Part shown: piece by piece, positions 41,538 through 55,385 of the stretch | Layout of the letters: each line of letters begins with the position of its first letter | Position numbering within the stretch: the first letter of the stretch is position 1 | Assembly: GCA_951406725.2 (NCBI GenBank) | Contig: OX597825.1 | Coordinates: 38,006,001-38,070,000, forward strand | Origin: Octopus vulgaris | Taxonomy: Eukaryota | Length of the DNA: 64,000 nt | Reading direction: 5' to 3' | The notes under the pieces: generated by a model | Database searches by the model: none | What the model saw: the letters and a program-made list of their open reading frames with translations, nothing else | Told to the model about the DNA's origin: nothing | Program-made: the position numbers and the translations under genes

Positions 41538-41660
41538 GAAGAAGAAGAAGAAGAAGAAGAAGAAGAAGAGAAGAAGAAGAAGAAGAAGAAGAAGAAGAAG
41601 AAGAAGAAGAAGAAGAAGAAGAAGAAGAAGAAGAAGAAGAAGAAGAAGAAGAAGAAGAAG
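41465..41660. repeat. Compound (AAT)n-(GAA)n microsatellite
   Basis: Directly visible. Confidence 0.95.
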
Positions 41661-41699
41661 GCAGGAGACTAGATTGACCGGTGCAAGCGAAGATTGAAA

Positions 41700-42010
41700 A
41701 GTACCTATGCCCAGTTTGGAGGTTGAAAACTTATGTCGTTCGAGGGTGATACTGTGAAACAATGGACATCTCGAATATGCCAGTGTAGTCATGAGCGTAC
41801 TCCATCTTGTCATCTACGTCATATCTAGATAGAGTTGTAAGCCGGTCAAGAGATGAGAATAGCATAATTTGGTCACTTTTCAAAATCGTCGGTTACTCAG
41901 ACCATAACTTTGTAATCTGCAAAGTCGGTCTATATAGACTTCGTGGGCAGGGACTCGGCTAATAAAAGCTGAATGCGTTAACCATGGCGTACCAAATTTA
42001 CCGGGACCTC
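41700..42010 (+). mobile_element. L1/Tx1-clade LINE fragment (end of APE domain)
   Basis: SSTSYLDRVV...VGYSDHNFV...GQGLG**KLNA matches the L1/Tx1 pattern SxLDR...SDH...GPGYWKLN. Confidence 0.7.
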
Positions 42011-43020
42011 ATTAGCGATAATGAGGTTGATATTGCAGGTTGTGCGCATATAGTAAACAGAATTGTCTTCCGTGGGATTTAAATGCTACTTTGTTGCCCA
42101 CATTGCAAATAGTATCTAGTGCTGCAGTAACAGAGTCTACATATTTCGAGGAAACATCCCAGATAGATACTATACAATGAAGTAAGCGTGTGCTCTGCAG
42201 TATTAAAACCGACCGGTTGAACAAATTGATATAATTGCTTAAAAGCATATTTCAAAGTCAGTAATTAATTATAACTCGACTCTATTATTATTGAAAGAGT
42301 CTGGAGAAGGGGTCAGTGTCAAAGGCGTTTGGTGTGAGGTTTTAACACGACAAGAACCCTCTCCAGTGCAAGTAGAGAGCAACACGACTGGTTGTACAAC
42401 TTTGAGTGTGGATGAGTGACTTCTTGGTAAGCAGTGTGTTAGCCATTGGTAGGACGTTTCCATTTTCAAACATGGATGAATAGTAGCCTATTGTATATTC
42501 ACTTCAGCTTCATGTAAGATTAGAGAAGTTTGGAGGTGCTGATATATTTTCTAATCTTAAGTCAAGAGATCAGATTTTATGAAATATATCATTAAGTTTC
42601 GTAATTCTGAAGCATCAAATACGCAATTCTGGCGTCCTAGTTAAAATAAATGTTGAAATAAATAAACTTACAAAATAAATAAATAAAGAAATTAATAGAT
42701 GGATTGCTTTTAATACGAAGTGCAACTACATGCCATAAACAGTGATGCTGGATGAAATCCAAGCCTTCACCCAGGGTTGTTTTCGATTGACTGGATTACA
42801 TTTGGACCAGACTCACACGCTCCCCCATACACTCACACATGAACACACGCAGGCATGCATGCACGCACATACACGCACACATCCACACACGCATCCCCCA
42901 CACGTACACAAATTGTGTTGCATCGTTTTATTACCATCGTAATCGATTATGGTTTTATTTTTATACTAAGAATTTCATCAAAAGCAGCTATCCGGCTTTT
43001 CGTTCTAAGCGTATGTGTGT

Positions 43021-43098
<78 letters not shown>

Positions 43099-43958
43099 GT
43101 ATGTCCTAATTGCTAGATTTACATGTACTGCCACTTTCTGTCCAGTGTTTCTACCACAGTCAATAATATGCAACTCAATGGCTTTCCTAATCTCTTCTCT
43201 CATCTCCGCATTATCTGTATCTCATATTCACAAAATGTTGCCGATCCCAGCGTTTGGCGGTAAGCTATGCGGCATCTAGATGCTGAAATTGAGGTTTTCT
43301 TTATCTTTTATATTTCTCTTTACACCAATTCGCTGAATACACACACTCACATATACACACACACACATACACACACACACATACACACACACACATACAC
43401 ACACATACATATACACACACACACACTCATGTTGTAAGAAAAGAGCAATATATGTTCGCTTAAAGATTTTTTAATGTGGGCGGTGGAAGGAATGAAAAAG
43501 TAGTAGTCACGCCATTTCATTACTACATATTTATATACAGATATTTTCTTTCATGTACACGTTGGTCGATTGACATTATATCGTTGGGTAAATTCGCAAG
43601 GGAAATATTCCCTTGTTTTTCGATCCCATGTTGAAAATCAATCGGCAATGAACTTCACACTTCATCTATCCATAGCGGATGAGCGAAGTTTAAGGCTCGA
43701 GAAACTGTGAGTTTCTATTAGTCTCTCGCATTTATCGCCCTTTATCGCAAACCTTCCTTGCACATAATTTGCTTTGAAATGTCCGTAAAGAACACTAACG
43801 CTATTCCCTTCTATTCAGAAATTGAGTAGAATTGAGCTACAACTCGAAACCTATTCTCACCTACTAAACTATAAACATAGTTGACACCAAGAACCATCAT
43901 ATCATTTTACAGCACAAAACGATAAAAAAAATTGCTCTGATCAGATCAACATACACAG

Positions 43959-44042
<84 letters not shown>

Positions 44043-44194
44043 CGAAACTGTTCTATGCATAAGAAACATGAATGTAGTTGCATATGATCCCAATAAAAAT
44101 ATCCAAGCATAAATCGAAAGATTCATATTACTTTCCGACTAGAAAGAAAATATTTTCGGTTCGGAAATTAGGAAATTTCCAAAGAAAGAACCGC

Positions 44195-44234
<40 letters not shown>

Positions 44235-44701
44235 CACACACACACACAAACATAAACATATACACATACACACAGAAACACGCACGCACACACACAATTA
44301 ATATACAGAGAAATGCATAGAAGGAAAGGAAAATAAATTAACCCCTAACTGAGTTAGCATGCATGGACTTTGTAACATATATTTCACCACCAGATCGTAC
44401 ATCACTGGGTATCATATATGTAAATATATGTAAATATACATACATGCATAAATATGATACACATAAACACACAAACATTTACATGTATATGTGTATATAA
44501 TATATACACACACACACACACATATATATAACATATATATATATATATATATATATAATTAAGAGAGATAACCTCTGTTAAGTAATTCAATAGTGAAAGG
44601 CATTATCTATACTATATAGAAAAAAATTAAATATACTATAATAAATATTATTCAAAAGTTGATATAAAAATTAAATAAAGATTATATTCCCTACTGCTTC
44701 T

Positions 44702-44800
<99 letters not shown>

Positions 44801-45194
44801 TAGAAAAATATTGTGGGATATTGAATATTTGACGAAAGTAACCGACTAGCAATCAACTAGAGTTAATTAAGTGAGAGCTGTATGTGTCTGCTATTACGTG
44901 GTAGGTGGTGGCGTTGTATAAACACATAATGTAAGATGTAGAAATTTACATTTTAACAGTGTGACCCATGAAAGAAACAGCACACTGCTTTGCTGATTAG
45001 TTATTGTTCTGTTTTTTTTTTTTCTTTTAGTTATTTATCTTGATGGTTGTGAGGAAGAGTATAGAACCCAACCAAAACCAGCGAAGAATATATATTTCCA
45101 CATATGTACAAATCACATATACGTATAGATTCACACATACTCAAACACTAGTCACACACACACACACGCACACACACACAAACACATACACACA

Positions 45195-45300
<106 letters not shown>

Positions 45301-45921
45301 TATACGTTCAAACATAGACATGCAAACTCAAATATGGAGTTAACCTGAAAAGACTAATATGTTACAGATGCGCTCTACGAAAATTTTATCAATAGTTGCT
45401 TATACATATCTACACGTATATCTTAATGCATAGCTGCATATCAATAGACACTCTTGCATAAACACAAGCATACGTGTAACACATACAACATCAATCCTTC
45501 GTCAAACTCAGTACTATAGCTATACATATACAGTTCTCGTAAACTTTTGTACGTTCATTGATAATATTCACCGCATATATCTCCAACGCTGTGGATCACT
45601 TGTGAACGGTGAAAGATGTATGGGATGAAGATTCTTTGCATATGAGAATAAATCTTCTAATCTGTGCGGCAGAAGTTGTCATGTCATCTTAGCTATATTT
45701 TTTGAGGCAGACATACCGTTAGCTACTTTCTACATATACATACATATATACATATGTGCGTAGAAACACGCACACGCATACACACACAAACACATATATA
45801 AATATATATCATTAATAACCTTCTCTATAAATGAAGCTATAACATTTCATTTGATGCTTTTCTTTTCACGAACTAAGAAGATACATTGCGGAACTATTAT
45901 TTTAGTGAGTTGTGCCTATTT

Positions 45922-46027
45922 GTCACTCGAAGAGATATATCTGTACCGCCAGATGCTCCTGAACCAGTTGTTAAGTATCCCACCCGTAAGGCATCAATGC
46001 CAGATGTGTCGAAACAATTGTAGTTAT
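45922..46027 (+). ncRNA. Hammerhead-ribozyme-like motif with long stem II and palindromic helix III
   Basis: GTCAC-TCGAAGA-GATATATCTG-(57 nt)-CAGATGTGTC-GAA-ACAATTGT-A-GTTAT: 10-bp stem II, ACAAUUGU palindrome, GUA site. Core reads UCGAAGA instead of CUGAAGA. Confidence 0.55.
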
Positions 46028-46069
46028 TCATAAAAATCCTTGTAACTCCTTTCTTTCGTCTCTCATTAA

Positions 46070-46226
46070 CCAGGAGTAGCTATGTGGTAAGAAGCTTGGT
46101 TCCTGGTTGAGTCCCACTGCGTGTCATCTTGCGTGTTACCTTGGGCAGGTGTCTTCTACTTTACCCTCGGACCAACCAATACCATGTGAGTGGATTTCGT
46201 AGACGGAAAATGAAAGAAGCCTATCG

Positions 46227-46314
<88 letters not shown>

Positions 46315-46328
46315 TGTGTGTGTATGTG

Positions 46329-46398
<70 letters not shown>

Positions 46399-46596
46399 TG
46401 TTTGTCTATACATCATCGCTTGATATCAGATGCTGGCGTCTTTATCTCCCCGCAACTTAGCGGCTCGGCTAAATACACCGATAGAATAAGTACTACGTTT
46501 ACAAAGATTAAGTCCTCTGGTCAATTTCTTCGACTAAAGGCGGTACTCCAGCATGACTGCAGTCAAATTACTGAAACATGTAAAATAATAAAAGAA
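46070..46596 (+). mobile_element. SINE family A, near full length, with expanded internal (TA)(GT)n
   Basis: CAGGAGTAGCTATGTGGTAAGAAGC head, GGTTGAGTCCC B box, CCTTGGGCAGGTGTCTTCTAC, and tail GGCGGTACTCCAGCATGACTGCAGTCAAA. Confidence 0.88.
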
Positions 46597-46674
46597 CATG
46601 TATATAATTATGTGTGTGCGTGTGTGTGTATACCTATCTATCCATCCATCTATCTATCTATCTATCTATCTATA

Positions 46675-46772
<98 letters not shown>

Positions 46773-46776
46773 CATA

Positions 46777-47683
46777 CAAGACTACGCGAGAGTCGTTGGG
46801 TCAGCGGGCATGTCTGAGTTTCCTAGCAACCGCTTTTTTTGTTTCGTATTATGTTTTGTTTTCCAGGTTATTTCGCATGCGTAATCGGCTCCTTTCCCGA
46901 GAAAAGGAAATATTTAGTTGCTAGTTCTTGCACGCCCTGCTACCATGTAACTGGTATTTCATGTCCATTATCGCAAATAGTTGTTACGTGGTAGCAGAGC
47001 GTTCTAGAAATACTAGCCAAACCTTTAGAGGTGAGATTCGTTGAATGCGCTCGGAAAAAATAGAAAAAAATTATTTCATATCAAGGTTACGAACGGGTCT
47101 TTTACGAAATATTTTCCGTATTTGTAAAGCCCATTTCACTTTAAAATAATTTTTAATTATGCCAAAATTTTATTGTAGTGGCATTCACTTGAAAATAATT
47201 TGAAAAAACATTAAAATATTGTATTTTTAAAGAAAGCTAAAATATAAATATATACTGTATAAACAACTTACATTTTTGAAATCACATTCACTTAAAAATA
47301 TTTCTAAATTATTAAAATAATATGTTTAACAAAAGCGAAAATAGAAACATTTACTGTAAAAAAACAAATCGTACTTATTCGTTGTCAACTCACTGTGTCT
47401 AATCGAAAGGTAAGAGTTTTTTCCCTTCCAGTATTAAGTGCTTTTCGGATTATTTTCCAATTATACACCGTTTTTGGTACTCGTACCCAGAAAACCCTTA
47501 ATATCTCCACAACCACTTGTCCAATTTATGCGAAACTTGTTTTAATCCATTCCGTATTCACATTTCAGGGGTAAATTATTTCATAATATTGCCCCGTTAT
47601 CCGCCAGTTTGGCTGGCTAATGTTGCAAGCTAGCAAGCAATCTAACAAGCAGGCAAGATTCAAGCAGACTTTTAATGTATTAT
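46777..47683 (-). mobile_element. Putative non-autonomous Helitron/Helentron-like element
   Basis: Minus-strand 5' end TATAATACATTAAAAGTCTGCTTG followed by GCTT/GCCT tetramers. 3' end GACT-CTCGCGT-AGTC hairpin plus TTGT abutting a TATG/TA tract. Internal 20-bp stem at 46932-47001. Confidence 0.45.
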
Positions 47684-48197
47684 ATATTTGTCATATAACA
47701 GTAAATGATTTTTTTTTTCAGCATACTCTGTCAGCATTGATTGGCGCAAAATGTGTAACTGAAGAGTCAAACTGGTGAATATTTTGACCTTTGCAAAACC
47801 ATCCACAACTTACAAATTTACATAACAATTAGAAAGATAATACTATAAGGAAAGCCATTGAATCTCCTTGCAGTATATCTAGAGAGTTATCAAGTTAATA
47901 AATAATGGCTTCTAATTTAAGCACAGAGTAGAAACTTTTTCGGGACTGGGCGCTGTCGATACCATCTAGTTTATTTTGTCTGAGGTACTAGTTTATTTCA
48001 TCGAAGCCAAATGGAGGAGAAGTAAACTTGAATTCCATGTGATTTTTAATGCAGGACATACATGCTTGGAATTTATGACCAAATGCATTTCCTCGCATGA
48101 TGCAAAGGCACCACCAATATGCCTCCATTAATATATATACATACATACATGTATAAATATATACACATACATAAACATTTGTACATATATATATATA

Positions 48198-48250
<53 letters not shown>

Positions 48251-48838
48251 GTAGATACATCTATATACACAAAGACATATCTGTCTATCTATTTATCTAT
48301 ATATATATATATCTATCAGTATGCATGTATGCTTGTTTGCATGTATGCATGTATATGTATATTTGTATGACTGTATATATGTATATATGTGTGTTTGTAT
48401 GTCTGTACCTGGGCCGTCGAACATGCATATATGTACGCGTGTATATGCTAGTAAATTGTGACCACTTGTGCGTATGGACTGCAGCATTGTGAAGGTTGTT
48501 GAACCAAACAATGTTTACTGTACTATTTAGTCAAAACGAATATCCTCATCCATTTTGTGTATCACTAGTAGATAAACAGGAATGGATAACTGGAATACGG
48601 AAGGCGGTGCTCTAGCAACGCCTCGGTCCAATGGCTTTAACAAGAACAAGAGTAAAAGAAAAACAAAACATTGAATTTGATACCATCGTTTAAAATCCTC
48701 AAATGTATAACACCGATTTAATACGAGAAGGCTTTAAATAAATGCAGGATCAAACAATACATGCATAAAAAAACCGGGCAACCATACACATATATATGCA
48801 TGCACTGGTGTGTACACATATACATATAAGTGTGTGTG

Positions 48839-48893
<55 letters not shown>

Positions 48894-49839
48894 ACAGACA
48901 GACATAGAAACATTTCATCACTAGAAGTAGATACCACTTGTTATCATACTCATTAACTTCTTTCGATGAAGGCATATATCACCATGAAGAGCAACAATAG
49001 GTTATACGGATCTCGAAATAAAAGTGTCCTTTTATATCGACCAGTCGTCGACTTGCTGCGAAAGGTATAAAGATATGAAGGGAAGTGAAGACAAATTGTA
49101 GGAAACACTATATTTTCCTGCCCATATCTCAATAAAAAAACATCATCAAATATAATAGTAAATTTGGAAAGATATGTTGGTATTTGTAATATATAACACA
49201 ATCTAAAATTTAGCAAACTATACCAGAATAATAGGAAGAATGTATAAATAAGGGCAAAAAAGAAACATGGTCTTTCTATTGGTTGTATTGTACAAACACT
49301 AATTATAATGCAAAGAAAAAGTTCTTGCTATTGTATATAGAAGCATATAGCGGTTATCACAATCGATTCGGTGTAATCGAGAAACATATTTAAATTTATA
49401 AACTGTCTGACCTGGATCAATATTTAATGTTATTGGACTTTACAATGAATGTATAATGGTACTCGAAATATTTACAACTGAATTATGTATTTTAGCACTA
49501 CGCTGAATTTCCCAGTTGTCAGCAGTCGCTAGATATTCAATTATTCCATTGAAATGAACAGTTTGGAAATGTTATTAAATTCTGTCATGTTTTGTTTTCT
49601 AAATTATAATGGTGCCATCCTAAAAGAAATATGATGTGTCATCAGAAAGGATGAATGCCTAATAGGCGGTATCTCCCTCAAGGCGATTCCGAGGCTATCA
49701 TTGCTTATCGTTCCTGCATTTTTGTTAGATTGGTGCATTAACTGTACTGAGTAGTCGAGTCGGTAATGCCCATTATACACATACATATATTATTAAAACT
49801 ACATACAGACACAACACACATAATAACTAGATAAATGGA

Positions 49840-50470
<631 letters not shown>

Positions 50471-50971
50471 AGAAATAGACAGAGAAATAGGCATACAGGT
50501 ATATAGACAGTTAGAGAGAGATGAGTAAATGCATTTTTCTAATTCAAGAAATATAAAAAAATTAGCATTCAAAGATTTTTCAATAGTTATACCATGATTT
50601 AGAAGTTTCTGCTTACTCACAATCAGCACTTCGATGTCAGAGAAAACTTTTCCTTTCTTTGTGAATGTAATCCACCCATCCATCCATCCATCCATCCATT
50701 CATCTGTCTAAAGCTAGCTCCCGTATCTGATGAGCTAGCTTAGTTTATTTGTATTGACTTGTGAATAGACAAATTGCATCGTAGAATGCTAAGCAAACAT
50801 ATTAATGAAATCATGCACGCACAATTTCTTCCGTAAAGAAATTAATACTACATGATATTACATTAATATTACATTGTAATATGGCTGTAATCATAAGGAA
50901 ATCACGTGGTTAGATTATGTGTATTCAGCCCTCTTACCTTTAGACTTCATGGATTTATATATATATGCATA

Positions 50972-51858
50972 TAGTAACCCTTCGAATATTGCGGGTGTTA
51001 TGTTCCAACCCCTCCCCCATCGGTGAAAATCTATGAAATAGAAAATGTATTGTATTGTATATTTTTTATTGTATTTATAATTTGTGTATATTTATTTTGT
51101 TGTAAATGCAAAGCAACACCACGGAGGAATCGACGTATACAGAATTTGTTTTTATTTACACAAGTCTATTCCCCATATTTTAAGGAGGGGTAGCCACAAG
51201 AAAACACACACCAGGCATTCCATTCATTTCCCAGCTCAAAGAGACGAGCCCTATTCTATGCTCGGATGAAGGCATAGAAAGCAACCCCCAGTATCAGCAG
51301 TGAGGCCCGGCCGCATGTACTGGTTTACCCCCGCCGTGTCATGCTGGTTCCGTACCCCTTTGAGCAACATCAAATTTACTCATCGGTCCACAGTCACCAA
51401 GCTTTCCTATCATTTATAAATTTTCTTGCCTCTCTCACCCCAACACATCTAACCACCAAAGCTTCCCTCACTCCATTCATCCACACAAACCGAGGTCTGC
51501 CTTTGGACCTACTGCCTACCACTTCTGCATTCATCACCCTCCTTACCATCAGCTCCTCACCCTTATTGCCAAACCACCTCAACATTCGTCCATCCATCTT
51601 GGTTGTTAGTTCTTCTCTCATTCCTACTCGACTTCGCACCTCCCCTTCCTCATCTCGTCCATCCGTGTCACACCACCTATAACCCTCAAACATCTCATTT
51701 CAAACGCAGCTAGTCACCTCCTTTCCGCCTCTCTCAGCACCCTAACCCACGTCTCTGCACTATATAACATTGTCGGCACAATCACGCCCTCATACACACC
51801 TCTTTTCGCATAAAAATATACCACGATTGGTGAACAGCGATATGACGAGGGATTACTG
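50972..51858. mobile_element. pogo/Tigger-like MITE interrupted by an RTE insertion
   Basis: TA-flanked TIRs TAGTAACCCTTCGAATATTGC (decayed CAGTAA..) / GCGATATGACGAGGGATTACTG. Confidence 0.7.
51130..51808 (-). mobile_element. RTE-clade LINE, 5'-truncated 3' end
   Basis: YEGVIVPTMLYSAETW...FEMRCLR...MLRWFG...GSRSKGRPRFVWMNGV, characteristic of the RTE C-terminus. Confidence 0.9.
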
Positions 51859-53149
51859 TATATGCGTACATAGGTATATACAAACACACACACACACATT
51901 ACCTTCATTCTGAATATTCATATATGTAGTATCGTGTACAAGCGGGTTGCCGAAACACTGAATTGTGGTATTATAACTTTGTTAAGCTATACACAAACAA
52001 ACTAGTGGAGACGAGAATACATTTACCAAAGGTTTATTACTTTAGGTACAATAGGGCTTTAAGTCGTTGGTTATTTTTTGTAGAGTTCACTCAGATTCGT
52101 TCCGCGCACGCTGCTGACATTCTTCTGCTTTCATTCTCCTCCCAGAAGTCCTTTTCTTTCCTGTCGACCAACTTCCTAGCTAAGTATCTGTCTACAGTTC
52201 GTCTGTCACGAATCCTGCCCTAGAGTGTATAATATATTAGTGTAAGGTGCAATGGTAATTATAAGATCATCTTTCAATATAGATTTGTCATTGATTCCTG
52301 TATAAACGCTACTTCTTCAGTACGTTTCCGTGTGTGCATTTTGTTGCAGATTCATCGTAGCTAGATATTTCTAATTTTCTACTGAGATAAGATAGATGTC
52401 TCTCAGACAGGAGACTAGATTATATCATATCCTTTATTGTAGACAACGTGTTTCTTTTGCTTTCTTTTTCTTCTTTGTCTCATATATATATTTCGGGGGG
52501 TCGAGATTATCTTCTTACAAAACTGAAGGTTGAAATAATACATTGAATTGTTGGAAATGATAGAAATATTTTGAGAAGATTCTTCCACTTGAAGTATGAT
52601 GAATGCTACTAAGTTCATCAGATCTTTACCACTATATCGATTGTAATAATAATGCATTTATAATTTACATCATTCTGCGTATGTAGATATTAAAAAAGAT
52701 GATGTGAAATTTACGTAATAATGCTCCGCGGTGTTCTGTACGTGACAAAACAGATGAATTGATTATTACTTCGAACAATTTTCTATGTGGCAAAATAGGA
52801 TACCACGTGTATATCTGATAGTAAATGAGATCTTATAACATAACTAATTGAGACATTCATGGCCAGCACATCTATAAAGATGTAAAATACTACGAGTTTT
52901 TTATCTACACGACTTAGTTATGTAAATAAATAAGTTCGCAATGTATGACATATGTGTGTGTGCGTGTGTGTGTGTGTTGGTATATATATATATAAATACA
53001 CACACACACACGGCTACATGATAAGAACTTACCTTTCCAACCAAATTCTTCCGCGTGGTGCCATGAGAGACTATCTTCTAATTTAGCGAGGGGACAGGAG
53101 TGGATTCGGTAGACAGAAATAGAAAGAAGCTTGTTGTATATGTACGTAT

Positions 53150-53383
53150 ATTCTTTATTTCTTCTATTCGTTTCAGTCATTTCACTTCGGGCATGCTGGA
53201 GCACCGCCTTTAGTCGAACAAATCGAACCCATGAATTATTCTTTGTAAGCCTAGTACTAATTCTATCGATCTATTTTGCTGAGTTACGGGGGCGTAAACA
53301 CACCAGCGTCGGTTGTCAAGCGAAGTTAGGGGGACAAACACAGATACACAAACATGCACACAAACACACACACACACACAAAT

Positions 53384-53433
<50 letters not shown>

Positions 53434-53597
53434 GATGGACTTCTTTTAGTTTCCTTCCACCAAATCCACTCGCAAGGCATTGATCGACTGGAGCCTATAG
53501 TAGAAGACACTTGCCCAAGATGCTACGCAGTGGGACTGAATCCAGAACCATGTGGTTGGTAAGCAAGCTACTTGCCACTCGGCCACTCCTGCGCCTA
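53150..53597 (-). mobile_element. SINE family A, full length
   Basis: Reverse complement begins AGGCGCAGGAGTGGCCGAGTGGCAAGTAGCTTGCTTACCAACCACATGGTTCTGGATTCAGTCCC. Internal (TA)(GT)n and tail GGCGGTGCTCCAGCATG. Confidence 0.9.
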
Positions 53598-53609
53598 TAT
53601 ATAATATAT

Positions 53610-53838
53610 CACCTTCTTCCTAGCTCTCCTGTGTGACACCTCTCTCAACATTCGCCAGATCGCTAGCCACTAAACCTTTTTTTTTTATTTTACCTCCCTG
53701 TTTATTTCTGTGTTCCTTTCTGTCGAAGAGCGTAAGCTCGAAACGTAAAAGACTCTCTCACTTACTGAGCGTTAAACAAATACATCTGTTTGTTGTTTAC
53801 ACACCCGTCTTCGTCTTTTGTTTTTTGTAAATTAATAC
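53610..53838 (+). mobile_element. Penelope-pLTR-like element with a minimal HHR at 53716-53751
   Basis: CTTT-CTGTCGA-A-GAGC-GTAA-GCTC-GAAA-CG-TA-AAAG: perfect stems I and II, GNRA tetraloop, loopless ACGU helix III, GUA site and an A6U core variant. A T-rich tail runs into a TATG/TA tract. A short copy of the same tail is on the minus strand at ~22897-22950. Confidence 0.75.
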
Positions 53839-53850
53839 TATGTATGTATG

Positions 53851-53882
<32 letters not shown>

Positions 53883-53901
53883 TGTATGTATGTATGTATG
53901 T

Positions 53902-53959
<58 letters not shown>

Positions 53960-53964
<5 letters not shown>

Positions 53965-54315
53965 TATTTTATGTCGTAAAGTTCTTATATGATGTAATCT
54001 CAACCTTTGTGGGGGATGTATTGCAAGGGGACCAAGGCTAGAGTGAATTGTAAACATAATACCGATATCATTTGGAAAATATTGATGGAATATTTTCCAC
54101 ATGTTGCAAATAATATATCGCTCACGGCGTTGTTGCAGAGAATAGAGCTTCAGCTGTTTAAGTACAGCCCAATAATAAAGTCCCATCATGCCATTTAGTT
54201 TTTAGTGATTGATTTTTGTGGCGCTTCCATCCTCGTTATGTCTTGTTTTTTTTTGTAGGGGGATCCATAATGGGCAGCAGCATTCGAACTGGGACCTAGC
54301 GAATGTGGAGAAGGA
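53960..54315 (-). mobile_element. CR1/L2-group LINE, C-terminal ORF2 fragment
   Basis: FARSQFECCCPLWIP...YWAVLKQLKLYSLQQRRERYIICNMWKI. Confidence 0.85.
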
Positions 54316-54323
54316 TTAATACG

Positions 54324-54366
<43 letters not shown>

Positions 54367-54751
54367 ACATACATAATTATATATATATATATATATATAT
54401 ATAAGATGCATGTATGTATGAATCTCCATACTTGAGTATACTTGTTTTATTTATATATAGGTATGTGTATATATTCATGTACGAATATATATGTCTTAAT
54501 GTCTATATATACGTGTATGTTCGTCTATATTTGTACGAGCGTATGTATTTATGTATGTATGTGTATGTATGTTTTTACATTTGCGCATGTACGTATATGT
54601 ATGTCTATGTTTGAGAATGTCTTATGTCCTTCCCTTTTTTCTTCGTGTCGGATTTAATCATTTTACTTCTCTATTCTATCATCTACGAATGTGTGTGTAT
54701 ATGTGTGTGTATGTGTGTGTATATATATTTATATATGCTTGTATGTGTGTG

Positions 54752-54845
54752 AGAGACGGGTTTTTCACTTTCCGTCTACCAAATCCCATCACAGGGCTTT
54801 GGTTTGCCCGTGGCTATAGCAGAAGACACTCGGTCAAGATGCCAA
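54752..54845 (-). mobile_element. SINE family A internal fragment
   Basis: TTTCCGTCTACCAAATCC...GGCTATAGCAGAAGACAC matches the other copies. Confidence 0.75.
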
Positions 54846-55316
54846 ACACACACACACACACACACACGCGCACACACGCGCACACACACACATACACTCA
54901 CATACACACACATATATATATATATACATTATACGTGTGTGTGTATGTGTGTGATTGTGTATGCTGATACATGTACGTGTTATACATATATCGTTATTGT
55001 TAGACCTATTTTACATCTATCTACATCCATGCTGATACACATGTCATGTTGGAGCCACTGGTATTCAACCTCTTCATGTTTCTTTTTTCAATGGTCATTC
55101 CTTTACACAAATATATGCATAAATGTTATTCTTTTATCAAAAGAATTTCACGGCTCCGATGAAGCTATAAGTCACTCGACTATGATTCCACCGTACATCA
55201 TAGGAGAAACATCTGTAAGCTAATGGTGTTCGTAAGATAATCGTTTATTTTTTGTGATCTATTTATTAGCATTATATACATACATATATGTGTGTGCTTG
55301 TACGTGTTTGTGGGTA

Positions 55317-55350
<34 letters not shown>

Positions 55351-55385
55351 CGTGTACTTGTGTATGCAATAATGTATTACAATTA

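Noticed and set aside
48975-49030. CATGAAGAG...CTCGAAA motif
   Set aside because: Too many core changes and only 3-bp helices; compatible with chance.
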